From: Vitrella brassicaformis CCMP3155
Taxonomy: Eukaryota > Protista > Chromerida
DNA: 64,000 nt
Direction of reading: 5' to 3'
Assembly (NCBI GenBank): GCA_001179505.1
Contig: CDMY01000182.1
Location: 112,301-176,300, forward strand
This document shows, piece after piece, positions 39,114 to 52,600 of the stretch; the stretch's first letter is position 1; each line of letters begins with the position of its first letter. Position numbers and translations under genes: made by a program. The notes below the pieces were generated by a model. It saw only the letters and a list, made by a program, of their open reading frames with translations, did not search any database and was not told where the DNA came from.

Positions 39114-42100
39114 TGTGTGGTGGGGCGCCCCGCGCCAGCCCCCTGATTGTGTTTGGCATCGGTCTCATATCACACAGCAGGCAAAATCTCGGGAGCCTCG
39201 AGGGAGGGATTCTTCGACCCTTCACGGATGATCGGCAACACGTACGCCTTCATCGACACGACCCCAGATATATAAATAATCACAGACACACACACACACG
39301 AATGAGTGAGTGGGTGGATGGCTGCGTGCAGGACGATTGTGGCGGTCCTTGGTGGCTATAGGCTGATCCGAAAGGTCTTTCCCATCAGATCTGCATCGGC
39401 CCGGGGCCACGACCTCGCCATCATGACGGCCATCCTCAGCTTGCTGGGGCTAGTCAACGCCTTCCATGGACGATACTCGCTTCGCGAAGGGGAGCTACTG
39501 GACCCCTTCCACTTGTGTGAGAAGCTCGGCAACTGTGGTCAAGATTTTTCCTGGATGCTAGGGTGCGGCCACTTCTCCTGAGCAGAAATGAGAAGAGAGG
39601 CGGTGTCGCCCACAATTGGTCGTACAGCTGCTGCACTGAATGGCTGAATGGCAGTGTGTCTGTCTGTGTGCTGTGTGTCTGTGTGTGTGCATATCTTAAG
39701 TGTGGTAGCCTTTTGGACGGTTGTGAAGGGCAACAGCTTCAACGCTGGCTGTGTGACGGTGTCCTTCTACATCAGCCTTATCGTCGCCGACCTCATCACG
39801 CCACACCAGCACGGCTTCTGGCACAGAGTCACCACTGCTGCGAGTAAGCACACACAACACAGGAGGCGCACAAAAGCTCGCCTCCGCTATGTGTGTATGT
39901 GTGACGGCGTGGGTGCGGTGCAGTGATGACGATGCTGCTGATATGGGCCAGCATAACGCTTGTCGGGGGGTTTCATTCACTTATTCACTCACGCCCAGTC
40001 AATAGATATTTCTTGCATGTGTGTGTGTCACCGCGTCAATAGGAGCGCAAGTCCAGGGAAGTCATCTGTGACAAGAGCCGCTTGCAGAAAATGACAGAGG
40101 AACGAGACAAGTAACTTATGTCATCACGGAGACACGGCCACGGGGGGGATGGGCTGTGCACTCACTCGTCAATCGGTCAGGCTGATGAAGGCGCAGCACG
40201 CCACCTTCGCCAAGATAACGCACGTGAGTGAGTTGACGCACAGACTGCTCTGCACTGCACTGCATTGTGTGCGCACATTGGGGTGTGGTGTGGTGTGGTG
40301 TGGTGGGTGCGTGTGCTATGAGCAGGACCTGCGGACACCTTTGAACGGTTCGTCAATGTCAGGCCGACAAAGGTAACTGTTCTGGTGGCCTTCTTGGTGG
40401 TCTCAGGCATCATCAACTCTGCGGACTTCCTGCGACACGACCTGGAAGAAGAAATCAAGCTAAAATCGGAACACCCAAGTATAGCACGCCATACCAGCTG
40501 CCTCACTCACTCACTCACTCACTCACCGTACACACCAATCCAATCTCCCTCTCTCTGTTTCTTTCTCTCGTTTGTTTTGTGGTGTGTGGATGACTGCCTG
40601 GCCTGGATGATGCAGTATTCGCCTACGTGGACATCATGTCGAGTGCCGGCGAGTACATGCTGCTCCTCACCAACAACCTCCTCGAGATCTCGAGGCTGAC
40701 GGCCAAGCAGCAGCGGCACAACAGCGGCCTCAGGGAAAACACAGACCGGTTGGCGCTGCCCCCGTCTGCATCCTTCCAGGAGCGGTGCTGCGGACTCTGC
40801 CGCACTAGGAAGGCCGCCACTGGTGCGCCCGACCGCCGTCTCTCGGATGACGGCTCGTTGCGCGGAGTCAAGGGCCACCACGTGGCGGCCTTGACCGACA
40901 TATTCGACCTTCACAATGACTGGTTGGATCTCCGCGCGGCGTTGCGCAAGGTCGGCGGGCGGGCGGGCGGGCGGATGCACACACTGAGACACACACATAC
41001 ATACACAAGGATGCACGAGGATGGTGTATTTCTTGTTGTGCCCTTGTGCGTCAAGGTCTTCCACCTGCACATACGTAGGTGGCGTGAGCAGAGAGAAAGC
41101 ACATGCATGCATGTCAGGAAATAGCGCCCACCGGAGGGTCTGATGAGTGTGTGTGTTGTGGGTGGATGGATGGATGGGTGCAGCAACGACGCGGCTGAAG
41201 AAGATATCCTACCAGCTGCCGTCTCTGTCGCACCTGCCGCTGCTCATCTACGCAGACGGGGTGCGCATCCAGCAGGCGGCAAATAACCTCTTGTCCAACG
41301 CAGTCAAAATGACAGATAAAGGTCCGTGGCGAATCCAGGAGACAAAGGGAATGGATGGATGGATGTGTGCTTGTGTGTTTGTGTGTCTGTGTGTGTGGAT
41401 GGTTGGATGACAGGTTCAGTGTGTGTGTCGGTCAGTGCCACAGCTGTCCCTGATCCCACGGTGGGTCGGTGAGACCGGCCAGCCAGCTTAGAGCCCATCC
41501 TGTATGTATGTATGTATGTGTGTATGTATGTATGCAGGAGGCCCAGCCGCCCCCGTTCGAGTACTGTAAGGACCCCACGTACGACATGGACTCCCTCAAA
41601 GTCTACGACATCGAAATACGAATCACCGACTCGGTATACATGTATACACACTACCTAGCCATCCGTCCATTGCGTCTATCCACAGACAAGCACACAACAC
41701 AGGGAGGGACACCAGAAATGGATCGATGAGGCAGAGACCTGCTGTGCTGTGCTGTCTCCTCCCCGGTGTGTGGTTTTGGTGGAATACGTGCAGGGTCGCG
41801 GAATACCGAAGGTATTTAGAAGGCACCTATGTCGTGACATATATGCGGGGGCACCTCTGTGCACGTCATCCATCCCCATACATACATGTGTGTATGTGTA
41901 GGAGAAGCTCTCGTCGCTGTTCAAGGAGTTCCGGCAGGTGAACGCCAAGGACGCCCTCATCGGGACTGGGCTGGGCCTCTCGAGTACGCTACACTACACA
42001 GGCAGATTGACACGTACATGGATAGATGGATGTGTGTGTGTGTGTGTGTGCTGTTGGTCCGTCAGTAGCCAAGATGGTCTGTCAAGCAATGGGGGGCGAC

Positions 42101-43202
42101 TGCTGGCTAGAGGTGAGCCCCTACACACCCACACCCACACCCACAGTGCGATTGTGAGTGGGTGGACATGGCGCAATCGATTGGTGATGCATGCAGTCGG
42201 AGGGAGTCAACAAAGGCACGACGGCCATCCTGTCATTCAAGTGCTACGGCGTCTTCGAGGCCTCGTCAACCGCTGCGGCTAACAAGAATCGGGAGAGGTT
42301 CTCGCCCTACACGCAGAGGCGCAACCTCAAACACGACGCAAACCTGATCGACAAACTCATGGCCGACATACACAGGCTCAATATACATCTCATTCTCGCG
42401 GTCAGTCTCCCTCGCGCCAGCGGATTGTCCCTCCCGCTGTGCCCTTCTGTGTGTGTGTGTGTGTGTGTGTGGTGATAGGATGATGACTTCATCAATCGGC
42501 AGTGCGTGGCGTCGATTCTCAAAAAGATGGGGGTCGCGGAGACGTCCATGACGTGGGCACTGAACGGCGTGGAACTTGTCGACGCCGTCAAGGAGAGACT
42601 CCGCACCCACAACACGTACAAAGCTCTAGCTGGTCCACAAAGGGACACACACACACACACACACACACAGGGATAGACAGAGAGAGAGAGACAACCATCG
42701 ATGAATGTCTGAAGGTGCTGCATTTGTGTGTGTCTTTTGTCAGCCCCGTGTTTGTGTTGACGGATCTCGAGATGCCCGAGCCGGATGGCGTGGCGTCCGC
42801 ACGGTGCATCCGGGAGCACCTGGAGGAGAGGCAGCGGACAGTCGAGGGCCGGACACCCCCCTTCTTCATGTCTCTCTGCACCGCACAGAGCAAAGAGGTC
42901 CGTTGGCCACAGAGAGAGAGGGGGACGTGCAGTCTAGTCACTCAGTCAAGGTGGTGTGTCTCTGTATGTGCAGAATGTGATAGCGAATCACCCGGAAGCG
43001 CCCGGCTTGTTTGACACCGCATTTGTGGAGAAGCCGGTGTCGAGATGGGTGGGCGCGGAAAGTTCGCTGATGGTCTTCCTTTCTTCGTTCGTTGCTTGGC
43101 CGGTTGGTTGGCTGCTGTTGCGTGCAGGTGCTGAAGGAGCTGATGGAGCGGTTCGTGTCGCAGATCGACTTCATGGCCACCATGGTGGACCACCCCACTT
43201 AG
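38524..43202 (+). CDS. Membrane-bound hybrid sensor histidine kinase (TM-HisKA-HATPase_c-REC); apparent frameshift near 38992
   Basis: H-box ITH|DLRTPLNG, N-box NNLLSNAVK, G1 TDSGRGIP, F/G2 LFKEF…GTGLGL, receiver ILADDDF…LTDLEMP…EKPV. Upstream exons are hydrophobic. Confidence 0.88.
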
Positions 43203-44245
43203 CGATCGATGTGTGGCTGATGTGTCGTGTTGGGTTGTGCTGTGTGCATGCGGAAGTGAGACGGTAAGGCTTGGCGTTGGTTTGTGACATACACACATAC
43301 ATATCTCATCCAGCTGTTCGACGGTCCTCCAGCTGGCATTATGTCGCAATCCCATCCAACGATGGGCACACCACACAGGTGAACAGACAGGCACTCCCTT
43401 CATTCAGCCCGCCGCGTGCAGTGCAGTGGCCAACAAGCTACACACACACACACACATGCACACAAGTCCACACGCAGGCAGTGTGTGTGCGTGTTGGGTG
43501 ATGGTTGGTCGCTTGAATGGGTAAATATAGTCCGACAGCTCTTTCAAATCATCGGTTTGTCCGCCGATCCATCCATCCATCGACCATCAGTCCACACTAT
43601 GCCATCTCACGTGTGCAGACATTTATCCCTTTTCCACCGGCCAGCCGTGTATCAACACCCTCAACCCCCCCACACACACCCGTCTCGTTCTAATTAGGTA
43701 GCTACTTCGGCACACCGGCCATCCCCCTGTCAGTCAGTCTGTGTGTGCATGTGTGTGAGGTGTGTCCGTGATATGCCGGTCAGCCAGAACACACAGAGAG
43801 AGTGTCATCGGGGCGAGGCAGGCGTCACACGTACACCATAGCGGATGGATGGGTGTATCAGGCAGACACGGATCTTATCTACGTCCACCGGTGGGGAGAG
43901 AAGCCTGGCCCTTACTTATCTCTCTCTCTCTCTCTGTGTGTGTGTGTCTGTGTGGGTGTGTGGGTGCCTCCCTGCTGCTCTGTACAAGTGTGCGCTTTGT
44001 CGTCCAGAAAAGCAAAGGGGCCAAAACAGTCGCACAGGTGAGAAAAGGACACACAGAAACAGACGCTGTGTGCGTGTGTGTGGTAGAAATGGAAAAGTAA
44101 GGCGAAAAACGATGAGGTCATGGCTTAATCATCCGATCATCAATACAATACAATACAGCCCCCCTCCCCTTTCCTCCCATGAATGGAATGGATTGCACTG
44201 CTTGGAAATCCCCCTAGCTGCTTGCCCACGCTATCTTAAAATTCA

Positions 44246-45635
44246 TCACTGCCGCGTGAGAGGATACCTCTCGATGCACTTCCAGCCCTGAATGTCAGCG
44301 CCCGTCTCATAGAGAGCTATCGCGGCAACGCCGAACTTACTTCCCCGCACCTCCTCACTGAGGCTGGCGCTCAGCTTGGCCTTTTTGTCGTTCGAGAGGT
44401 TGCCATAGACGAGCGACACATGGGGCATGAACCCACTATTCGGCCCTCGGAACTCCTGGCCCTCGTCAACGTACAAGAGCTGCATCAAGCCATCCATCAT
44501 TGGACGGAAATATATAGTTAACAAACAGGCAGATGCGCCTCACGTAGTACGTACCTTCTTGGCGTTGTCGTGCAAGTCGTCGAGCTCTGGGGTCTTGTTG
44601 ATTAGAGCATAGACGCACTGCCAGAACACGTCACCGTAATCGACATCGGTGACGGTGAGCGTCAGGGGCCCCGATATTGAGGCCGCCAGCTGAGTGCACT
44701 TGTCCTGCATGGCCTCCAACGAAAGATGCGTGATGTGGCCGATCTGAATGAATGACACACAGGGAGGAGAGGAAGTAATCGATCACTGAAGGCAGTCACA
44801 TAGATGTACACACGCATGACCGACCAGTGTGACGTGTGGTAGGAACGCAGGTGTGCCCAATTCGCTTGCGTGCCGGTTAATGATATCACCAAAAGGCTTC
44901 TGGGGCGCCTACAATCAACCCATCAACACATGTATGTGGCGGTTGGTATAATTAATCAATCTGATTCAGTGCATGCAATGCAATGCCATCGCACTGCACC
45001 GCATATATAGTATAGACAATGAATGCTCGCTCGCCTTACCTCAAGAAAGAGGCTGAACACCTTCTTCTCGGCTGCGGGCGGAAATAAAGATAACAAATGA
45101 GCTACAGCCAGCCTGACACTGTGTGTGAAGTCTCTGTACGGGATTGCGTCTTCATCCTTGATAGCACGGTCTTGGTTGTCTTGTCGATGATGGCCATGCC
45201 CTCGGCCCTCAGCGCCTTGGCAGCGAGTCGTAAGGTGTTGGCCGTGGCGTCGAGCTTCTTGGCCGACTGGAGGATGGCCTTGCCGGTCTGAATCTGCTGC
45301 TGCAGCATCGACAACTCAACGCCTGCACACACAAACACACACACACACACGGCTGCATCAGATAGATCTGTTTCCATGTGGGGATGCATAGCCGCACGGC
45401 GCTTATTCTCGAGGGAGTGGGTCTCCTGAGTGCGGCCGACAAATGACGAAGCTGCAGCCAGCAACAGGTAGGACAGCCACATCACATACTTATATGGGCA
45501 GATCTGCCACCGGGTTCGGTGCGGGTGTGTCCCCTGGGGCTTACGTCGGTCATAGTTGCGCTGAGCCGCCAGCAGCGGCTGCACAATGGCCGCCAGGCCG
45601 ACCACCACGACGATACCGAAGCCGAAACGCATCAT
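44246..45635 (-). CDS. 2H-family 2',3'-cyclic nucleotide phosphodiesterase (CPDase) with signal peptide + helical N-terminal extension
   Basis: Two H-x-T/S motifs (PHVTL, PHVSLVYG) and EKKVFSLFLE start. Upstream exons (signal MMRFGFGIVVVVGLAA…, helical exon 45140-45322) splice in frame via a 68 nt intron. Confidence 0.8.
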
Positions 45636-46260
45636 GGCGGCTCGACTAAAAGCTCCACAGACGGACGGACGGACGGACGGAATGAATGAACCAACGAAGA
45701 TGCGTGACAGTTTAAGGGCCGCGTGGCCTGTGTAAACGCCCCCCTTCCCGATGCGTTGTGGCGCGCGGGAGTGTGCAAGACAGGTGCTGAGCCCGGGGCG
45801 GAGGCTCCCGCTCAAGAAACAGAGGCCCCCGCCGGTCGGTTGATGCAGAGGCCAGTGGCGCGATGCGTATAAGGACCTGCTGAAGGCTAGAGTGAGAGGG
45901 CCGGCCAGACGAGGAGCGATCGAGGCGCAAGCTTGGGTCGGTGAAGGTCAGGTGAAGGTGCATGTTGGAGCTGTCTGTGCAGTACTGTATGTTGGCATTA
46001 TGCCGTGATCGCGTCCATTGATGTGCACACCGCACACAGACACAGACACAGACACAGACAGGCCGGCAGCCAGTCCATTTGTGAGCCGCTCCCTTACAGT
46101 CCAGCTGGCCAGCAAGCTATCCACACACTCATGCACACACATATACACATACACACCCACCCATGTGATTGATGTGCACACAACACAGAACACACAAACG
46201 AAGTCAGCAAGGAATTGTATTCCATCCATCCATCCATCAGCAGGTCGGCTGGCTGGCTCG

Positions 46261-49127
46261 TTAGTCGGTCCTGAGCTTGGTGCCGCTGTCACTCTGCAGC
46301 GCCTTGCTGTGCGCGGCTTGTCCCTGCTGAGCCAGCATCGGACACAGCTTCTTGTGGCGAGACCAATCCAACACCTGCACACAACCACACACACAGCCAC
46401 CCACATGGACACGTGTACACGTGCGTAGGTAAGTGTGCGTGTGTGTTCGGGTGAGGGGAGACAGGCACACCTGGCATTCGCGAGAGCAGTAGAACTCCCT
46501 GCGGCACTTGGAGCAACGCTTCTCGGCCTGCACACACACACACACACGAAGGGATCGATGCACACACACGTGTTTGTGTGTGTGTGTGTGGGTACCTACC
46601 GGTTTGCCGCACTGCGGGCATGTTGGGTTGGTCTCCTCTATCGTGTCCATGTTGTCACACAACACACGCATCAAACTGAAAGTCAAGACAAGACGAGTCA
46701 ACAAAGACACAGCACAGGCAGAGAAACTCGTCGCTAATGGGCTCTCTCTGTCTGTATGTCTGTCTGTGTGTCTGTGTGTCTCTGCTCGTATGGTGGGTGG
46801 GGAGTGTGTGTGACCTTCTGGTCTCCTCGGAAGTGTCTCTCTTCAGGAACACGTCGGCAAGCTGCCTGAAGCCACGGAGTGTCTGTGTTCTGTCTGTGTG
46901 TGGGCGTGGTGTGCGTATCGGACAGATAGGTGGGATGCGCACCCACCTCTTTGCAATTTCCTCCCACCGCCCTCTGTACTTGGCCAGCAACCCCTCACGA
47001 ATGGCAGCCACCTACACACACACTCACACAATTGCTGTCCATATCCACTCGTGTCTTGCATGTCATGTGTGTGATAGGCTGCCTCCCTCCCTGGGTACCA
47101 GTTCGACAATGAATGGTGATGTGGACGGCGCGGCGGGGAGGTTCCCCTGGATAGACATCTCCTGCACGACACCGACACCAACCAACACACACACACACAT
47201 GTACACACATTGGATCGGATCGGATCGGATCGCGTCCCTTCCTCCTTCTCTCCCTCTCACTCACTGACTCAGTCACGCACCTCGAGAACTCTTCTGAGGT
47301 CGAGGAGTGGGGGGATCTGGTCGCACACCACCTCGCCCAGGTGCCGACGCATCTGCATCCATCCGTACACACATACATACATACACACATATCATGTGTA
47401 CGTGGGTGGTGTGAGTGAATGTGTGGATGCATCCATCTGAGTATCTCTCTATGTGGTTGGTTACCTTGAGCAAGTTCTGCTTGCGGAAGTTTGTTATCTC
47501 ATAGCTGGACAGACACAGACAGACAAAGGAAGCTTGAAGGATGGATGGACACATTCCGCCGCTCCCTCCCTCCCTCCCTCCCTCATTTACTTGGCCATGC
47601 AGTCACGGTCCATCACAAGATTGTAGATCGACAGCAACACCTACACGCGAAGCACGAAACACCATCCATCCATCCATCCATGAGACGATCCATCCATATG
47701 GATGCATGGATCGTGTGTCTGCTTTACCTGTCCCTGCACTCTGGGCATCGTCGAGTCGCCATCAGCCACTGGCTGCCACACACTACACAGAGAGGTGCAC
47801 ACACACACGAGGAACCCACACAGCACATGAACAGGCGGATGGATGAATAGCGTGCCCAGCACCGTAGTGCGGTGCACCGCACCTGTTTTCGTATTTCTCG
47901 ACCCGGCCTCTGCTGTTTTCTCTCAGCCACGGCTGGGCGTCCATCAGCGGCACCAAGGACAGCAGCCAATCTACACATCAATCAGAGACACAGGGACACA
48001 AAGACACAAAGACAGACACAGAAATAGAAAGTGGTCGCATCAGGTCGGCGCGAATGAATGGGTCCCTCCCTCCCTCCCTCCCATCTCAACTCATCTCATC
48101 TCTGTCAGCTCACTCACCTTGTTGCTCGACGATTCTCTTGACGACCGGTTTGGGGAGCTCCTGGCTGTACTCTGTGACCGAGTGTGTGAGCGCTATCGCA
48201 CCCATGCACACCTGGAAGGCGCTGTCGGCCTCCTGCCGACACAACACCTGCAGGCAGGGATATGCATCCACACATCCAGACAGACAGGCAGACAGACCAA
48301 TCTCTCATCTCTGCGGGCCGACCTCTCTGTTCGTCGTGTCGCCATTGCCGCTGCTGGTGGTGCTGGCGGTTCTGGAGGTGCTGGTGCGAGTAGTGTTGTG
48401 TGTGAGTGCGACGGCTGCCTGCAGCCGGCGGTGCATGTAGTCGACGAGGTCGACGAGGGCGTCTGTGGCGGCCAGTGCGGTGACGGTCTTCTTGTGGAAT
48501 ACCATGCACTCCAGCAGGTTGACCAGAATGGACTCGTGCAGCAGCTGAAAAGAGGGGGAGGGAGGGAGGGACCTATGTGCCATTTGTGCCGTGCTGCGTA
48601 CGGGGATGTAGTTTTTGATGGCTGGGAGGTCGACGAAGGAGTCTTGTTTGAGCAGGTGGGGCAGCACGCACTCACGCCAACACTCAATCACCACCAACTC
48701 ATGAACCAACACCTCCAACTACACACACAACACACATCTATAGTCCGCCCCCCCTCCCTCCCTCCCTCCCTCTCTCTGCCTCTCTGCCCATGCGTGTCCA
48801 ACCTTTTCGTGCGTGATGATAAGATCCACCACGTACTCGTCATTGGCGTGCTGGGCCTGCAAGTGCGCCAAAGTGTTCAGCCGCTGCACAGTCGTGTGCT
48901 GACCCAACCACCTGCACACGCACACAAATACACAAACAGACAAATCAGCACATTCATGACGCACACACACACCCTGCCGGTGGATGCATTTCGCTTCCAC
49001 AACTCACTCACCTTGGCGTGCCGACATCCTCTATGCTGAAGGTCTTGAGGCCCTGGACGAGGTGCTCGGCCTCGAAAGGCGTCAGGTCGCTGCCGCCAGA
49101 CACCGACGACGTCAACAGTGACTGCAT
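46261..49127 (-). CDS. ZMYND10: ZMYND10 (BLU/DNAAF7) axonemal dynein assembly factor
   Basis: PFEAEHLVQGLKTF, LVHELVVIECWRECV, HESILVNLLECMVFHK…LVDLVDYMHRRL, and C-terminal MYND finger CPQCGKP AEKRCSKCRREFYCSRECQ VLDWSRHKKLC. Confidence 0.9.
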
Positions 49128-49610
49128 CCTGTGTAGGGTGGGTCAAGTGTGTCATGCAGCTCAGACAGAGAGGAGACGGGCACGTCCGTCAGGAAGAGAG
49201 AGAGACGGTCTTCATCTCATCTGAAATGGACACAGACGCAAACGAAGCGCAAACGAGTCAGTCAGGAGGGCCTGGCTGCTGGGGGCTCTGCTTGCGTGCC
49301 TACATGCTTTGAGGAGATCTTGTCACCAAAGAAGGCTAAGCTCGCAGAGCGATCTCTCCGTGAAACGCTCCCCCCAAAAAGGAGACGCGCCAGCCACAGG
49401 TTGACCACGGTCCGCGCCGACACTGCTGCTGCTGGTCTGCAGACTCGACGCATCTGCCAGATCTCCACCCATCCACCTCGGGCCATTGTCTATCTGTCGA
49501 CATCTGTCAAGGCAGCCAGGCAACAGTGCCGCCCAGCCATCCATCCATCCTTCTGCGTACAGCTATCGATCAGTGAGTGAGTGAGTGAGTCAGCGAGTGA
49601 GTCACGAAGG

Positions 49611-52600
49611 ATGGCGATAGCAGAGGAGATGCACATCGACCGCATCCTCATTCTGGACTTCGGCAGCCAGTACAGCCACCTCATCGTCAGGAGGTGCCGC
49701 GAGATCGGCGTCTATGCCGAACTCATGAGATGCGACACTAACATCGACGACATACGCAACTTTAGCGCCAAAGGTGGGAGGGACATGGGAGGAGGGTCGG
49801 TTCGATGATCACGGCAAATGTGTGTCTGTGTGTCAGGTATCATTTTGTCTGGCGGGCCATACTCTGTGTATGAGGAGGAGGCGCCCCACTGCGTGCCGGC
49901 CTTCTGGCAGTACGTCGACCAGACACACATGCCGCTCCTCGGCATCTGCTATGGACTGCAGGTCAGTCGGTACCCCTAGGGGATCTTTCCATCCGTCCAG
50001 ACGGACAGACAGCACGCCCTCACGCACTCCTAGGTGCACTCTCTGTGCGTGTGTGTGTTGTGTGTGTTGTGCAGGAGATGACGTATGCGTTGAAGGGCAA
50101 GGTGTCTGCGTCGGCCAAGCGCGAGTACGGCCATGCGGAGCTCATGATGAAGGAACTCAACGCCGAAGAGAGAAAGGTATGGTGGGCCAGCCACTCAGCA
50201 CTGCGTCATTTCATTCATGCGTCGGTTCCATGGATCTCTCCCTCTGTCAGCTCGACAATCAGGCCAACCACTCCCCTGCAGTCAACGGCGTCCCGACTGC
50301 CCCGAGGGACAGCGAGCCAGACCCTAACCAGGTGCCACACACACGGAACCAGCCACCACACAATACTCGTTGCTTCTGGATGGATGGATGGATGGATGAC
50401 GATTCATTCTGTCTGTCTGTCTGTCTGCCTGGTTGGTTGTGTGTGTGGTCGGATCACCCATCAGGTGCATGACAACCCGACGGCGGTGTCGCCCAACGTG
50501 CACCGGCTGTTCCAGGGGCTGGTGCACAACCCCACTCGCGTCTGGATGTCGCACGGAGACAAAGTCACACAACTTGCACCAGGTGAGGTGGGGTGGGTGG
50601 GGGGACACACACACACAGACATACGCACCACAACACATACGCACGCACACAAATGTGCACGTGACTGACAAGCACCAATGTGACGATCGGCAATTTGTGT
50701 TGTGTGTGGTGTTGTGTAGGTTTCCAGGCGATAGCAGTGACGCCCAGCAGTGAGTATGCCTGCGTGGCGCACCTCGAGAAACAAATGTTCGGACTGCAGT
50801 TCCACCCAGAGGTCAGTCAGTGCTGACACACAGATAGACACACAGACAGACAGACAGACCCACCGTATCTGTGTGTGTGTGCAGGTGACGCACACAGACG
50901 AGGGCACCCAGCTGATTCGCAACTTCATCCTCAAGATCTGCGGTGCGGTGCCGTCGTGGAATATGAAGAACTTCGCACACACGGAAATGGAGCGACTCAG
51001 ACGACAGGCAAGACACCACGCCACATCACACGCCATGCATAGAACCACACACAGCCACGCACAGAGAGGCGGGGAGAGAGAGATAGGGTATTGTCTGCCT
51101 TTGTTGTGTGGTTGGCTGGTTGCAGATCGGCGAGCGTCACGTGTTGGGTGCGCTGAGCGGCGGGGTGGACTCTACTGTGGCGGCGGCCCTGCTGCACAAA
51201 GCCATCGGACACAAGTTCCATGGTACGTGTGTGTGTGGGTGCGTGGGTGGGTGCGTGTGTCTCAGAATGAGCTTTCGGTGTTTTGGTGTCTTTCTGTGTA
51301 TTCTCGTGTGTGTGTTCTGTAGGCGTGTTGATTGACACTGGTTTGCTGAGAATGCACGAGGGGCCGGAGGTCATCCAGAGGCTCAAACAGTGAGGAGCAA
51401 ACCAGACACGGCAGCCAGCCAGCCCAGCCCGTCTAGATGTGTGTATGTTATGTGTGTTCTGTAGGCACATCCCCGGCCTGCAGGTGGACTGCATCGACGC
51501 CACCCAGGAGTTCTTCGACGCACTCAAGGGTACGTACCTACGCACCCACCCACCCACGCACACAGGCAGGCAGGCAGGGAGGCATCGACCAGGCCCACAA
51601 CACAGATGCACACCAACAGACAGACAAGCACAGAGAGAGAAGTGGAAACGTATCGCATGTATGTTTGTGTGTCTGTCTGTCTGTCTGTCTGTGTGTGTGT
51701 GCTGGCAGGTGTGACCGATCCCGAGAAGAAGCGCAAGATCATCGGGGGTCTGTTCATCGAGTGCTTCGAGAAGGCCACCAAGGAGCTACACCTTCCCGTA
51801 GAAGGCGGCTTCCTCCTGCAGGCACACCACACCACACCACACACACCTAGACCTCCCCCCCTCTCTCTCTCTCAACACACACGCGCCCATATGCTGATGC
51901 GCCTCTCTCTGCCTCTCTGTGTGTCTGTCTGTCTCTCTCTGTGTGTGTGTGTGTGCGCAGGGCACACTGTATCCTGATGTGATTGAGTCGATATCGTTCA
52001 AGGGCCCCTCGGCGACCATCAAGACGCACCACAACGTGGGGGGCCTCCCGGCCAAGATGAAGCTGCAGGTGCTCGAGCCACTCAGGGAGCTCTTCAAAGG
52101 TAGGTACCCTCGCTGACACGATCGTAGCCTCTACTGCCTGTTCCTGTGCCTGTGCGTGTATGGATTCCTTCCCCGTGTGTTGTGTGGCGGTGTGCAGACG
52201 AGGTGCGCGCATTGGGGATGGAGCTGGGCATTGACCGCTCGTCTGTCTGGCGGCACCCCTTCCCCGGTGAGCCACCTGAGCGGAGCGTGCCTCGATCCAT
52301 CCACTCATGCTCTATGATATGATGTTGTTGTATGTTTGTGTGTGTGTCAGGTCCTGGGCTGGCCATCCGGATCCTCGGCGAGATCACCCGAGAGCGGGCT
52401 GACATCCTGCGACAGGGTTCGTGTGCACCCAATGCGCACACTCTCACAGACAGATACTCACTCTCACAGCAACGATTGTCTGTCTGTCTGTCTCGTCTGA
52501 GTGCAGCGGATGACATATTCCTGGATGAGATCCGCAAGAGCGGCGACTATGACAAGATCGGTCAGGCCTTTGTGGTGCTCCTCCCAGACGTCAAGTCAGT

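Noticed and set aside
47843-49039. 398 aa plus-strand ORF
   Set aside because: Antisense to ZMYND10 exons and introns; no independent coding signal.
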